Positions 41,759-50,933 of a DNA stretch of 64,000 nt are shown here, in pieces. Each line of letters begins with the position of its first letter. Within the stretch, counting starts at the first letter, position 1. A model generated the notes under the pieces. The model worked only from the letters and a program-made list of their open reading frames with translations, ran no database searches and was not told the origin of the DNA. The DNA lies in contig OZ252100.1 in NCBI GenBank assembly GCA_965248435.1, positions 3,808,001 to 3,872,000 of the forward strand, written 5' to 3'. The DNA comes from Candidatus Latescibacterota bacterium (lineage in GTDB: Bacteria > Latescibacterota > UBA2968 > GCA-2709665). Both the position numbers and the translations under genes were made by a program.

Positions 41759-41787
41759 TTCACGTAATAGGGCGCATTATCTATATT
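41759..41787 (+). promoter_or_regulatory. Candidate sigma70 promoter (Pc-like) upstream of the cassette array
   Basis: TTCACG-17 nt-TATATT in an AT-rich stretch 75 bp before the first GTT site. Confidence 0.4.
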
Positions 41788-41975
41788 ATTGGCAGGATTT
41801 ACGCAGTGCATTTTATCTGCCCTACAGGTGGAATCTGCGCACATGGTGCGCGAATGCAGAAGTTGAACTAAACCGCTTCGCGGTGGCCTGCTGCAAGGCC
41901 TTTGCTCTTTGACAACCAGGATATGATACCGTGCAAGTCCGGAGCCACTTTGCAAATGGCTCTGTGCTTCGCATC

Positions 41976-42013
41976 CTCCTTCTGCTAACAACGTCCACCA
42001 TCAGCAGAAGGAG
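41976..42013 (+). promoter_or_regulatory. RBS-sequestering hairpin upstream of the recombinase
   Basis: ctccttctgct (41976-86) is a perfect 11-bp complement of agcagaaggag (42003-13), which holds the SD. Confidence 0.55.
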
Positions 42014-42019
42014 AGAGCC

Positions 42020-42871
42020 ATGACCAAGCATCGGAAGCGAATGATCCGGGACATGCAGTTGAAAGGTTTAGATCCGGATACGCAGAAGGCGTACGTGAGC
42101 GGAGTGGCCGGGCTGTGTCGTTACTGCAAGACACCGCCCGACCGGCTCAGCGAAGAAGAGATCCGCGCCTATCTGCACTATCTGATCACTGAGCGGAAGC
42201 TGTCCCAAAGCTATGTCAACCAGGTATACAGCGGGCTGAAGTTTCTGTTCCAAACGACGTTGAAGCGTGACTGGGTCGAGTGGGGCATCCCTCGTGCGAA
42301 GAAGGCAAAGAAGCTCCCGGTGGTACTCTCCACAGAGGAAGTGCAGCGGCTGATCGACAGGACCAACAACCTGAAACACCGTACGCTGCTGATGGTCATT
42401 TACTCTGGCGGGCTCAGACTGAGTGAGGCCATCGGGCTAAAGCTTTCCGATATCGACAGTGACCGGATGCTGATCCGTGTGCGGGGCAAAGGCCAAAAAG
42501 AGCGAGAGACGCTTCTGGCCCAGGAGGCCTTAAAGGCACTCCGCGTCTATTGGCGCACCAACCCGTCTCGCGATTGGCTGTTCCCCGGCGAAAGACCGGA
42601 CGCGCCGCTCCATGCTCGCACTGTCCAGAAAGTCTTCGAGCAGGCCTGCCGACGCGCGGAGATACAAAAGCGTGCGAGTGTCCACTCGCTGCGTCACAGC
42701 TTCGCCACGCATCTTCTGGACAACGGAGTCGACATCCGCTTCGTCCAACAACTGTTGGGTCACACGAGCATTCGAACCACCACCGTCTACCTCCACGTCA
42801 CCACCCGGGACCTCACGCGTATCAGAAGCCCCCTGGACCTTTTGGGAGATGAAGACAAGCCGACTTCGTAG
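42020..42871 (+). CDS. Tyrosine recombinase (SAM-like N-terminal + catalytic domain), no IntI-specific insertion
   Basis: GLRLSE (R), GKGQKER (K), HSLRHSFATH, LLGH, TTVY. Confidence 0.92.
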   Translation: MTKHRKRMIRDMQLKGLDPDTQKAYVSGVAGLCRYCKTPPDRLSEEEIRAYLHYLITERKLSQSYVNQVYSGLKFLFQTTLKRDWVEWGIPRAKKAKKLPVVLSTEEVQRLIDRTNNLKHRTLLMVIYSGGLRLSEAIGLKLSDIDSDRMLIRVRGKGQKERETLLAQEALKALRVYWRTNPSRDWLFPGERPDAPLHARTVQKVFEQACRRAEIQKRASVHSLRHSFATHLLDNGVDIRFVQQLLGHTSIRTTTVYLHVTTRDLTRIRSPLDLLGDEDKPTS

Positions 42872-42883
42872 CGGAGGTCGGCC

Positions 42884-44068
42884 ATGTCACAGGCTCTCGA
42901 AGTCGCCGACATCTTCCGGGCCCACGGAGACAGCTATCAAGTAGAATACGGTGATCACATGCCGCTTCGGCAGAAGCGGGCCATGCGGGCTATCCAGATC
43001 TGCCGAACAGCTGCGCTGGGCGGACACGTGGAAGTGTGCGGACACTGCGGAGCGAAGCGGATCGCCTACAACTCCTGCCGCAACCGGCACTGTACGAAGT
43101 GCCAGTTCCTGACGACCGAACGATGGATCGACGCTCGTAAAGAGGATCTCCTTCCGATCCCATACTTCCACGTCGTCTTCACGTTGCCCGAGCCCCTGCG
43201 GCCGCTTGCTCTGCGGAACCAGAAGCTGATCTACAACCTGGTGTTTAAAGCCGCATCGCAGAGTCTTCTGGAGCTGGCGCGGGAACGGAAGTATCTTGGA
43301 GCGCAGATCGGCTTTACCGCCGTGCTTCATACATGGTCTCAGACACTCATCGACCACCCGCATCTGCACTGTATCGTAACTGGAGGTGGGCTGACCCACG
43401 ACGGTCAGGAATGGAAGGCGGCGCGACGGGGCTTCTTTCTACCCGTAAAAGTTCTGTCCCGACTGTTCCGGGGGAAGTTCCTTGCGTTCCTGAAGGACGC
43501 GCACCAGGAAGGCCTTCTGGCGTTCCCGGGATTGAGTGCTCCACTGGAAGATGCGTTCTTCGATCTGCTTCGGGGTCTTTACCAGAGAGAATGGACCGTT
43601 TACGTCAAGCCGACTTTTGCGGATCCAGAACGCATCGTGGCCTATCTGGGACGATACACACACCGGATCGCCATCTCCAACCACCGGCTGGTCGCCTGTG
43701 AGGGCGACCGGGTCTCATTCCACTACCGGGACCGCCAGGCCGGCAACCGACGGAAGCTGATGACCGTCGATGCCTACGAGTTCATCCGGCGGTTCCTGCT
43801 TCACATCCTGCCGGATGGCTTCGTGAAGATCCGGCACTACGGACTGCTCAGCAATCGGGGTCGCCGGAAAAAGCTCGCACGATGCCGTAGGCTCCTGGGC
43901 ACTGTATGCACGACGGCTTCCGCAGCCACAAAGGCGACCTGGCAGGACCTTCTGCTCCGGGTAACAGGCATCGATCTTCAGGTCTGTGCGCAGTGCGGAG
44001 GCCCTATGCTCACAGTCGGAACCCTCGCGCCTCTGCGAGCGCCTCCGGCACATGTTGCCGTAGCTTGA
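42884..44068 (+). CDS. IS91-family (HUH, Y2) transposase with Zn-binding N-terminal domain
   Basis: CRT..CGHC..YNSCRNRHCTKC, HPHLH, YLGRY, FVKIRHYGLL. Confidence 0.92.
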   Translation: MSQALEVADIFRAHGDSYQVEYGDHMPLRQKRAMRAIQICRTAALGGHVEVCGHCGAKRIAYNSCRNRHCTKCQFLTTERWIDARKEDLLPIPYFHVVFTLPEPLRPLALRNQKLIYNLVFKAASQSLLELARERKYLGAQIGFTAVLHTWSQTLIDHPHLHCIVTGGGLTHDGQEWKAARRGFFLPVKVLSRLFRGKFLAFLKDAHQEGLLAFPGLSAPLEDAFFDLLRGLYQREWTVYVKPTFADPERIVAYLGRYTHRIAISNHRLVACEGDRVSFHYRDRQAGNRRKLMTVDAYEFIRRFLLHILPDGFVKIRHYGLLSNRGRRKKLARCRRLLGTVCTTASAATKATWQDLLLRVTGIDLQVCAQCGGPMLTVGTLAPLRAPPAHVAVA

Positions 44069-44273
44069 GCTCCTACACCATCCCTTGCCCGCAAGCCCAA
44101 CCACCCAACACGGCAGTAGTCTGTCCACTCTTTGAGCTTGGTAGAGCGACTATGGGATCCTGCGACATCGGCCCCTCCAAACAGCTTCAAATACGGTCCG
44201 ATGACTGGGCCAGCCCAGCGGTCCTTACACAAGAATCACTCATCCAATCCCCATAGGCAGGTGAAGCGGCTTC

Positions 44274-44348
44274 GTTCAACACCGTGTATCCGGAATCCCG
44301 CTCCCGTCCACGCTTCTCCGACTCCGGATACACGCTTAATCGTTAACT
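44274..44348 (+). repeat. attC-like site 0
   Basis: GTTCAAC..gtgtatccgga / tccggatacac..GTTAACT. Confidence 0.7.
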
Positions 44349-44383
44349 GCAATCGTGGCCTGGGTGTCAAAGCAAGGAGAACC

Positions 44384-45448
44384 ATGTTGTCTGTAGCTGT
44401 TGTGGCCCTGGTATCTGTCCTGCTTTTGTCAGATTCTTCTTTCGGAAGAGATGTGAACCTTGACCTGACTCAAGCAGTAGCCGAAAATGACAGCGCCGCC
44501 TTGAGAGTCGCTCTAGATTTAGTTGCAGATGTGAATGCTAAGGACCAGAAAGGCATGACAGCTCTAATGGATGCGGCGATGAACCCCAATCCACACATTA
44601 CACAAATGTTGTTGGATTCAGGAGCAGCTGCAAATGCAATAGATTCGGAAGGCAGGACAGCTTTAATGTATGCGGCAGTGAAAGGAAATATCACAACCGT
44701 TCAAACCCTGTTGGACGCGGGTGCCCATATGAACACTCAAAACCGCGGGGGTAGGACAGTTTTGATGCTAGCTTCAGCAGCGGGTTACGAATCAATCGTA
44801 CAGGTGTTACTGGATGCGGGGGCTAGGGTGAATGCAGAAGACGGGAATGGTTACACGGCATTGAGGTGGGCGGAAAAGAATGCTCACATTGGCATTGCGC
44901 GGACGTTGCGGCTTGAGCGGGTACGGTTTAGGCCAGACATTGATATTCCCCTAATACGGGCATCATTTGCCGGAGACATATCCACTGTCCAAGCCTTGGT
45001 TGAGAAGGGCGTTGATGTGAACTTGAGGGACGAAGGTGGCAATACAGCTCTGAAATGCTCAGCTCGAAAGGGACATACAGACATTGTAGAAGTACTGTTG
45101 GATAGAGGTTCAGACGTGGATGCACAAAGTAAGAATGGCCATACAGCCCTGATGGTGGCAGCTCGTAAGGGCCATACGACTATTTTAGAAGTGCTCCTAG
45201 AAAAGGGCGCAGATGTGAACGCCACGGATATATATAGGGTTACGGCTTTGATGGGCGCGGCAGTCAAGTGTCATCGGACTGTCGTGCAAGCGCTTCTGGA
45301 TAATAATGCGGATGTCAATTTGAAAGACAGTAAGGGTAGAACAGCCTTGGAGTTAGCCAAGATGGCCTTAGGATCTGCCGTCGATTCAAACAAGGAACGC
45401 TATTCTGACCTTATTCTGTTGCTCCAGAATGCAGGAGCCGAGGAATAG
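44384..45448 (+). CDS. Ankyrin-repeat protein with signal peptide (cassette 1)
   Basis: Repeated G.TALM.AA..G...V..LLD.GA.VN; hydrophobic N-terminus. Confidence 0.92.
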   Translation: MLSVAVVALVSVLLLSDSSFGRDVNLDLTQAVAENDSAALRVALDLVADVNAKDQKGMTALMDAAMNPNPHITQMLLDSGAAANAIDSEGRTALMYAAVKGNITTVQTLLDAGAHMNTQNRGGRTVLMLASAAGYESIVQVLLDAGARVNAEDGNGYTALRWAEKNAHIGIARTLRLERVRFRPDIDIPLIRASFAGDISTVQALVEKGVDVNLRDEGGNTALKCSARKGHTDIVEVLLDRGSDVDAQSKNGHTALMVAARKGHTTILEVLLEKGADVNATDIYRVTALMGAAVKCHRTVVQALLDNNADVNLKDSKGRTALELAKMALGSAVDSNKERYSDLILLLQNAGAEE

Positions 45449-45480
45449 CTGACTGTCAAAAGTTCTACGGCCACGACAGC

Positions 45481-45561
45481 AGTTAACAAGGCACTTGCGG
45501 CTCGGGCCGTGCGGCCCTCGGCAAACCCCTACGGGGTTCGCAAGTGCCTAGACCGTTACAC
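45481..45561 (+). repeat. attC-like site 1
   Basis: AGTTAAC..ggcacttgcg / cgcaagtgcc..GTTACAC. Confidence 0.85.
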
Positions 45562-45587
45562 GCCAGGCACACAAGGATGGCTCAAAG

Positions 45588-46160
45588 GTGCTGATGCCCG
45601 AAGCCCTATCCATAATCGTGCAGCGGGTCTTTCACTCCAAGCCTCGATCAACACTGTTGACGGAGAGCACTGCACTCCAAGCTAGCGAGTTGGCCGACAC
45701 TTGCCTGGGCCTGCGCGCGCAGATGCTCCACTGTCTGGAGGGGCTTCCCGCGCTGGCCTTCGAACCGGCGCCTGACCGCCTGCCTGGGGAGACTGGCTGG
45801 ACGGCGGGTGAGATCGTCAGCCACAACACCGACCGCCTGTTGTGGGCGCTGACCGAGGCAACCGCGACCGCCGGACTGAGCGAAAGCATTGTTCCGAGGC
45901 CGCCCGAAGTGGTCGCGAGCAACGCAGCGCACGAGCCTATACTTCTAGACCGCTGCCTTGCCCTGGAGGTCGTGCAGGCGGCAAACGGCCATCTCAAGAG
46001 TGTGCTTCCTCTCCTGTTGTCAACCGACCGGGGGGAGACGACAACGAGGACTCACCACGGACCCATGAGCGTCAAATCGTGGCTACTCCTGATTTGTATC
46101 CACGACAGCGACCATTTGGGGCAGTTGCGCGCACGCCAGGAGCCAGGCACGTTGGCTTGA
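45588..46160 (+). CDS. DinB-like protein (cassette 2)
   Basis: WTAGEIVSH and HDSDHLGQL His motifs. Confidence 0.7.
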   Translation: MLMPEALSIIVQRVFHSKPRSTLLTESTALQASELADTCLGLRAQMLHCLEGLPALAFEPAPDRLPGETGWTAGEIVSHNTDRLLWALTEATATAGLSESIVPRPPEVVASNAAHEPILLDRCLALEVVQAANGHLKSVLPLLLSTDRGETTTRTHHGPMSVKSWLLLICIHDSDHLGQLRARQEPGTLA

Positions 46161-46203
46161 TGAGGAGGCGATGCTTTTTACATGTGGTGTGGATGTGCCC
46201 GGC

Positions 46204-46345
46204 GTGTAACACGACGGGCTGCGGCTCGTGGCATTCGCCCCTCGCCCAACCTGCCTCATCGCGGTCACGGCACTTGCTCAAGAAAATCGTGGGTGGCAAG
46301 CGCCGCGCCCGCTTGGCAGGTTCGCAGCCCGCGAGAACGTTACAC
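46204..46345 (+). repeat. attC-like site 2
   Basis: GTGTAAC..gggctgcg / cgcagccc..gagaacGTTACAC. Confidence 0.85.
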
Positions 46346-46408
46346 GCCAGCAGGTTCTTCCTGAAACAACCGATAGGATGATGTTCCTGATGGAGTTCCC
46401 TTGGAGCA

Positions 46409-47299
46409 ATGATGAAAGACTCTTTTTCCGTATCTGACATCCCGCCCGAAGAAATCCAAGAGGTAATCGAGGTCACCAACGACTATCTAGTTGCGTTGGC
46501 GGCTGCGTCGAGGGATCAAGATGGGCATGTAAACGTGAACTGGACTGCTAGCGGCATGCTGGCTACCATAGGCGGTGAGCCCACTATCATCACTGCCCGA
46601 CATGTCGCTGAGGCTCTGGAAAGAGAAGAACCGGAGAGTGTTAAGATCTGGACTGACTTCAGAAAGGAAAGTGCAACGGCAGTAATGTCTTTAGACATTA
46701 CGCATGTACGCTTTGTGAAGTCTGCAAAACCGGCGTCAGGGAAGGCCATTGATGGCCCTGACCTGGCATTGATATTACTTCCGGACCACTTGGTTGGATC
46801 AATATCGGCCACCAAGGGCTTCTACAATCTGGACAAACGGCGCGACGCCGCGCTCCAGCAGGAGGGACCGCCCACGACAGGCTTCTGGCTTGCTCGTGGC
46901 TTTCCGTACGAACTCGTGACCGGGATGGATGGCGCCGAGGGTTTCTGCTTCTACTGCCTCAACCACGTGTGCTACCTCAGCGGATCCCACGAAGAGGCTG
47001 GCCATGATTACTACGACCTGGAGTTCGATTTCACATTGATGGACACCCTATCAGCCTCCGGCGAGCATCCAGAGTTGAAGACCAACCAGGGAATGAGCGG
47101 TGGTCCTATATGGCACGTTAAGGTTCACGGCGACTCGGAGGGCGTACCACGAATAAAGGACCCGCAGGGAGATATCCTTCTCTCCGGAGTGATCTTCTAC
47201 GAGTACGACCTAGAGAAGGAAAGCAAGAAGTTTCGCTGTCACGGAATCCGGTCGGTCTATAAAGCGCTCTACGATCTCCTCAAACAGCAGACTGACTAA
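46409..47299 (+). CDS. Trypsin-like serine protease (cassette 3)
   Basis: ITARHV, PDLAL, GMSGGP catalytic triad motifs. Confidence 0.7.
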   Translation: MMKDSFSVSDIPPEEIQEVIEVTNDYLVALAAASRDQDGHVNVNWTASGMLATIGGEPTIITARHVAEALEREEPESVKIWTDFRKESATAVMSLDITHVRFVKSAKPASGKAIDGPDLALILLPDHLVGSISATKGFYNLDKRRDAALQQEGPPTTGFWLARGFPYELVTGMDGAEGFCFYCLNHVCYLSGSHEEAGHDYYDLEFDFTLMDTLSASGEHPELKTNQGMSGGPIWHVKVHGDSEGVPRIKDPQGDILLSGVIFYEYDLEKESKKFRCHGIRSVYKALYDLLKQQTD

Positions 47300-47316
47300 C
47301 CCTTTGGTGCGCCGGC

Positions 47317-47455
47317 GTGTAACACGAGCACCCACGGCTCCGGCGCATACGCGCCTCCGCTGAAACCTGCCTCCCGCCTTACCAGTCTGCTCTGATAGAT
47401 GCCTGACGGCCTTCGTGAAGAGTCGGCAGGTTCGTGGGTGCCGAGAACGTTAAGT
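47317..47455 (+). repeat. attC-like site 3
   Basis: GTGTAAC..gcacccacg / cgtgggtgc..GTTAAGT. Confidence 0.85.
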
Positions 47456-47484
47456 GAAACCCGACGAAGGGGTTTACGCAAATC

Positions 47485-48132
47485 ATGCAATCTAAGCGGG
47501 CTGTGGTCCTCCAGCGCATCGCTGCAGAAATCTGGGGGAACCTTACTGACAATGTGATAAAAGTCGCGATCGATGGTGTAGATGGCGCCGGCAAGACGAC
47601 ATTTGCAGACGAGCTCGCTGAAATCATCGAAAACCGACCTATAATCCGTGCATCAGTAGATTTCTTTCACAATCCCCGAGCAATCAGATACCGACAGGGA
47701 AAAGATTCGCCGTTAGGTTTTTTCGAAGACTCGTACAACTACGAGGAACTTCTCGGCTTACTTCTCAATCCTCTAAGTCCTGGAGGGTCTGGGCGCTTTC
47801 GCACTAAGGCATTCGACCACAGGACCGACGCCCACGTTGAGTCACCCGAACTGTACGCGGAGCCAGAGTCGATTCTCTTGTTCGACGGGATTTTCTTGCA
47901 TAGACCTGAACTTTGGGACATATGGGATTATTCAATCTACTTGGACGTGAATTTCGAGAACTCAATTCCGAGATGTGCTCTCCGTGGAGAGGGAAATCCG
48001 GATCCCTATGCCGAGCAGAACCGCCGCTACATAGAGGGGCAGAAAATTTACATCCAAAACTGCCAACCCAGTGAACGGGCAACAATAATCGTCGACAACA
48101 ATGATTTGGATGCTCCCTTTATCGTTTCTTAA
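47485..48132 (+). CDS. Uridine kinase-like P-loop protein (cassette 4)
   Basis: IDGVDGAGKTT, DFFH, FDGIFL. Confidence 0.85.
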   Translation: MQSKRAVVLQRIAAEIWGNLTDNVIKVAIDGVDGAGKTTFADELAEIIENRPIIRASVDFFHNPRAIRYRQGKDSPLGFFEDSYNYEELLGLLLNPLSPGGSGRFRTKAFDHRTDAHVESPELYAEPESILLFDGIFLHRPELWDIWDYSIYLDVNFENSIPRCALRGEGNPDPYAEQNRRYIEGQKIYIQNCQPSERATIIVDNNDLDAPFIVS

Positions 48133-48166
48133 TGCTGGTACGGCGGGCGTATCCGCGTCGGACTTC

Positions 48167-48294
48167 ACTTAACACGTCCACTTGCGCTGCGGCGCATTCG
48201 CGCCTTGGCCTGACGGCAACCCGCCTTCCTCCTTCGCTGCTTCGCAGCTTCGGAGGGCAAGTCGGCGGGTTCGCAAGTGGCGGGAACGTTATAT
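48167..48294 (+). repeat. attC-like site 4
   Basis: ACTTAAC..ccacttgcg / cgcaagtgg..GTTATAT. Confidence 0.85.
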
Positions 48295-48321
48295 GCAATG
48301 CAGCCAGGAGAGGGTTTTCGA

Positions 48322-49044
48322 ATGGAGAGTCGATTGGATTCGGACCATCCAGATCCCATCCTTGCAGAGCAGGTAGAGTACTACCGTGCTCGGGCTCCAG
48401 AGTACGATGACTGGTACCTCCGCAGGGGGCGATACGATCACGGGCAAGAGCTGAATGACCGATTCAGGGCAGAAATCAACACCGTTGAAACCGAGGTGAG
48501 GGCTCTTGCGAATGTGGACAGGATTTTGGAACTGGCTGCTGGTACCGGCTGGTGGACGAGGCTCTTTCGGGAGACAGGTGCCAGAGTGACGGCCGTGGAT
48601 TCTTCGCCGGAGGTCCTAGCAAAGAACCGGGGTAGGAATGGAGACGAGAAGATCGAGTACGTAGAGGCCGATGTACTCAGTTGGACGCCGCGCGGAAGGT
48701 ATGATCTGGTCTTCTTCGGCTGCTGGCTCTCTCATGTCCCCCCCGACCAGTTTGAGACCTTCTGGAATAGAGTTGGAGAATCTGTGAAACCGGGAGGCAA
48801 AGTGGCTTTCGTGGACACACTGCGAGAAGGAATCAAGACCGTGGCGGCGCGAGACCATCACCGGAGAGAGAATGAAGGCGACATCACCGAACGCTACCTA
48901 AACGACGGAACGCCGTTCAAGATTTACAAAGTCTTCTACCAACCAGAGGAGTTGACAGAACGGCTACAACGACTGGGATGGGAAGTCAAGGTCAAGACCA
49001 GCGGAGAGTACTTCCTTTTCGGATCGGGTGAAAGGGAAAACTAA
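48322..49044 (+). CDS. Class I SAM-dependent methyltransferase (cassette 5)
   Basis: YYRARAPEYD, LELAAGTG, WLSHVP. Confidence 0.88.
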   Translation: MESRLDSDHPDPILAEQVEYYRARAPEYDDWYLRRGRYDHGQELNDRFRAEINTVETEVRALANVDRILELAAGTGWWTRLFRETGARVTAVDSSPEVLAKNRGRNGDEKIEYVEADVLSWTPRGRYDLVFFGCWLSHVPPDQFETFWNRVGESVKPGGKVAFVDTLREGIKTVAARDHHRRENEGDITERYLNDGTPFKIYKVFYQPEELTERLQRLGWEVKVKTSGEYFLFGSGEREN

Positions 49045-49088
49045 CCCCCACAGAAATGTGTTTTCTCTCGGCAACCTGGCTGCACTGC

Positions 49089-49175
49089 ATATAACACGAC
49101 GGGCTGCGGCTCCGGCCATTTGGCCTCCGCACCAACCTGCCTGCGGCAGGTTCGCAGCCCGCGAGAACGTTATAG
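49089..49175 (+). repeat. attC-like site 5
   Basis: ATATAAC..gggctgcg / cgcagccc..GTTATAG. Confidence 0.85.
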
Positions 49176-49252
49176 GAAATGCCAGCAGCTCAACTTACTG
49201 GGTGGTTGTTAAGAATGTTCGGAACTATTGAATCGAAAGAGGTGCGCTGAAC

Positions 49253-49906
49253 ATGAAAGTGCCCTACGCAGACTCCGGTGTATGGGACCGAAGGTTCGAG
49301 CAAGAAGGTGATTTAGACTGGGGAGGGCTTTGGACCGATCCGTTCATAGAACTTTTTCGGGAGAACGGTTGCCATTCGATTCTGGATCTGGGGTGTGGGA
49401 CTGGAAACGATGTACTCCGCCTGGCAGAGGAAGGGTTTCAAGTCACTGGACTGGATTTCTCTGAGCACGCTCTTAATCTAGCGGAGCCTAAGAGGATTCA
49501 GGATGCGACATTCATTCGGGCGGACATGGTCGATGGGCTGCCGTTTGTTGATAAGCGCTTCGATGCTGCAATGGCGAACGTAGCGCTTCACATGTTCGAC
49601 CGTGGCACCACAGACACTGTCATTCAAGAAGTAAGAAGGATCCTCCGTCCGGAGGGAGTGTTCATCTTTCACGTCAACTCTATTGATGATCGAAGGCTGC
49701 GTGAGAAGCGTAGGAAACCCGAGGAGGAACTGGATAAGAATCTTATCAGAGAAGAAGATGGACAGACCGTTCACTTTTTCACCCAGACCGAACTCAAGTT
49801 ACTCTTTGCTGGATGGTCCCAGTTACAACTTGACCACTTGGAGATTCCGCATAGGGAAACGGGTGAACCATTCAAGAGGATGTGGAGAGGAGTGGCCAAG
49901 AATTGA
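49253..49906 (+). CDS. Class I SAM-dependent methyltransferase (cassette 6)
   Basis: ILDLGCGTG, GLDFS, RILRPEG. Confidence 0.88.
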   Translation: MKVPYADSGVWDRRFEQEGDLDWGGLWTDPFIELFRENGCHSILDLGCGTGNDVLRLAEEGFQVTGLDFSEHALNLAEPKRIQDATFIRADMVDGLPFVDKRFDAAMANVALHMFDRGTTDTVIQEVRRILRPEGVFIFHVNSIDDRRLREKRRKPEEELDKNLIREEDGQTVHFFTQTELKLLFAGWSQLQLDHLEIPHRETGEPFKRMWRGVAKN

Positions 49907-49943
49907 GGATCTAACCAATTAGAAACATGACTGCTGGCACTTC

Positions 49944-50037
49944 CTATAACACGACCACTTGCGCTGCGTCGCTTTCGCTCCTTGGCCTTTACGGCAACCC
50001 GCCTTTGGCGGGTTCGCAAATGGCGAGAACGTTATGC
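49944..50037 (+). repeat. attC-like site 6
   Basis: CTATAAC..ccacttgcg / cgcaaatgg..GTTATGC. Confidence 0.85.
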
Positions 50038-50143
50038 GCCAATGCTGTTTCTGTGGTGGAAACTGCAGACTAGGGAGCAGACCCCCAGGGCAATTGTTTG
50101 TACACCCAGATTGCCTATGATGGTGTAACGAGCAAGAAAGTTC

Positions 50144-50680
50144 ATGACAAAGATCAAGAACCTTCGAGATGTGGGACTCGGCATCAACGAAATCCTAGTG
50201 GAAAGCATGCTTAGACAGTGCGCTCTCTATCGCAGCGGCGCCCTACCTGATTCTCTGCAAAAGGGTGATCTGCCCTGGGTTGAGACCGTTATTAGCCTGA
50301 GACGGGAGGCCGATCCCGAACTCGAAAACATCAAACAGCTGCAAGTTGCACCCAATGGCTCGATGAACAACTACGTTTTCACGGCTCAGGTCTTCGAAGA
50401 GTGGATTCAGAGACTGTATAGGACACTAGCGGAGTTTACTGTCTGGCCTGTTCTCCTGCATTGTACAGGAGGCAAAGATAGAACTGGAGTTGGCGTCGCC
50501 CTTGTTTTGAGAAACCTTGGCATCTCTGAGGACGCCATTGTGGAGGAGTATATGCGGGGTGAAGGCACTCGCTACCCAGAAAGCATGGAGAACCTCCTAA
50601 AAGAACTCCCTCGGCTGTCACATCTAAGAATGGATGAACAACAAAAGGAAACGATCGGAAGTGAATTGCTGGCGGACTAG
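50144..50680 (+). CDS. Tyrosine-protein phosphatase (Y_phosphatase3-like; cassette 7)
   Basis: NLRDVG, LYRSG, HCTGGKDRTG P-loop. Confidence 0.85.
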   Translation: MTKIKNLRDVGLGINEILVESMLRQCALYRSGALPDSLQKGDLPWVETVISLRREADPELENIKQLQVAPNGSMNNYVFTAQVFEEWIQRLYRTLAEFTVWPVLLHCTGGKDRTGVGVALVLRNLGISEDAIVEEYMRGEGTRYPESMENLLKELPRLSHLRMDEQQKETIGSELLAD

Positions 50681-50766
50681 ACGTCGGGTTCGGATAGAGG
50701 CAAGACCGAGAAAGTCAGGCAAACGACTGCTCTTGTATTTCTGTCGAGACACAGAAACAGCACAGC

Positions 50767-50911
50767 GCATAACAACGGCACCCCCGGCTTCGGCGCTTAC
50801 GCGCCTGCGCGCAACCTGCCTGGCGCTGTCACGGCGCTTGCAATAAATCAAGACCCTGAGGGGCAAGCGCCGCGCCAGCTTGGCAGGTTCGTGGGTGCTT
50901 GACCGTTAAAC
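50767..50911 (+). repeat. attC-like site 7
   Basis: GCATAAC..gcacccccg / cgtgggtgc..GTTAAAC. Confidence 0.85.
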
Positions 50912-50933
50912 GACATAAGAAAAATCAATCACT

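Larger units (their letters stand above)
41862..44342 (+). mobile_element. Tyrosine recombinase + IS91-like Y2 transposase module formatted as cassette 0
   Basis: Begins GTTGAACtaaaccgcttc; ends gaagcggcttcGTTCAAC + hairpin + GTTAAC. Confidence 0.75.

Noticed and set aside
41902-41930. Promoter from TTGACA at 41909 with TATGAT at 41922
   Set aside because: The spacing is only 7 nt, incompatible with sigma70.
42020-42871. Calling the recombinase an integron integrase (intI)
   Set aside because: It lacks the IntI-specific insertion, is co-oriented with the cassettes and is paired with an IS91-like gene.
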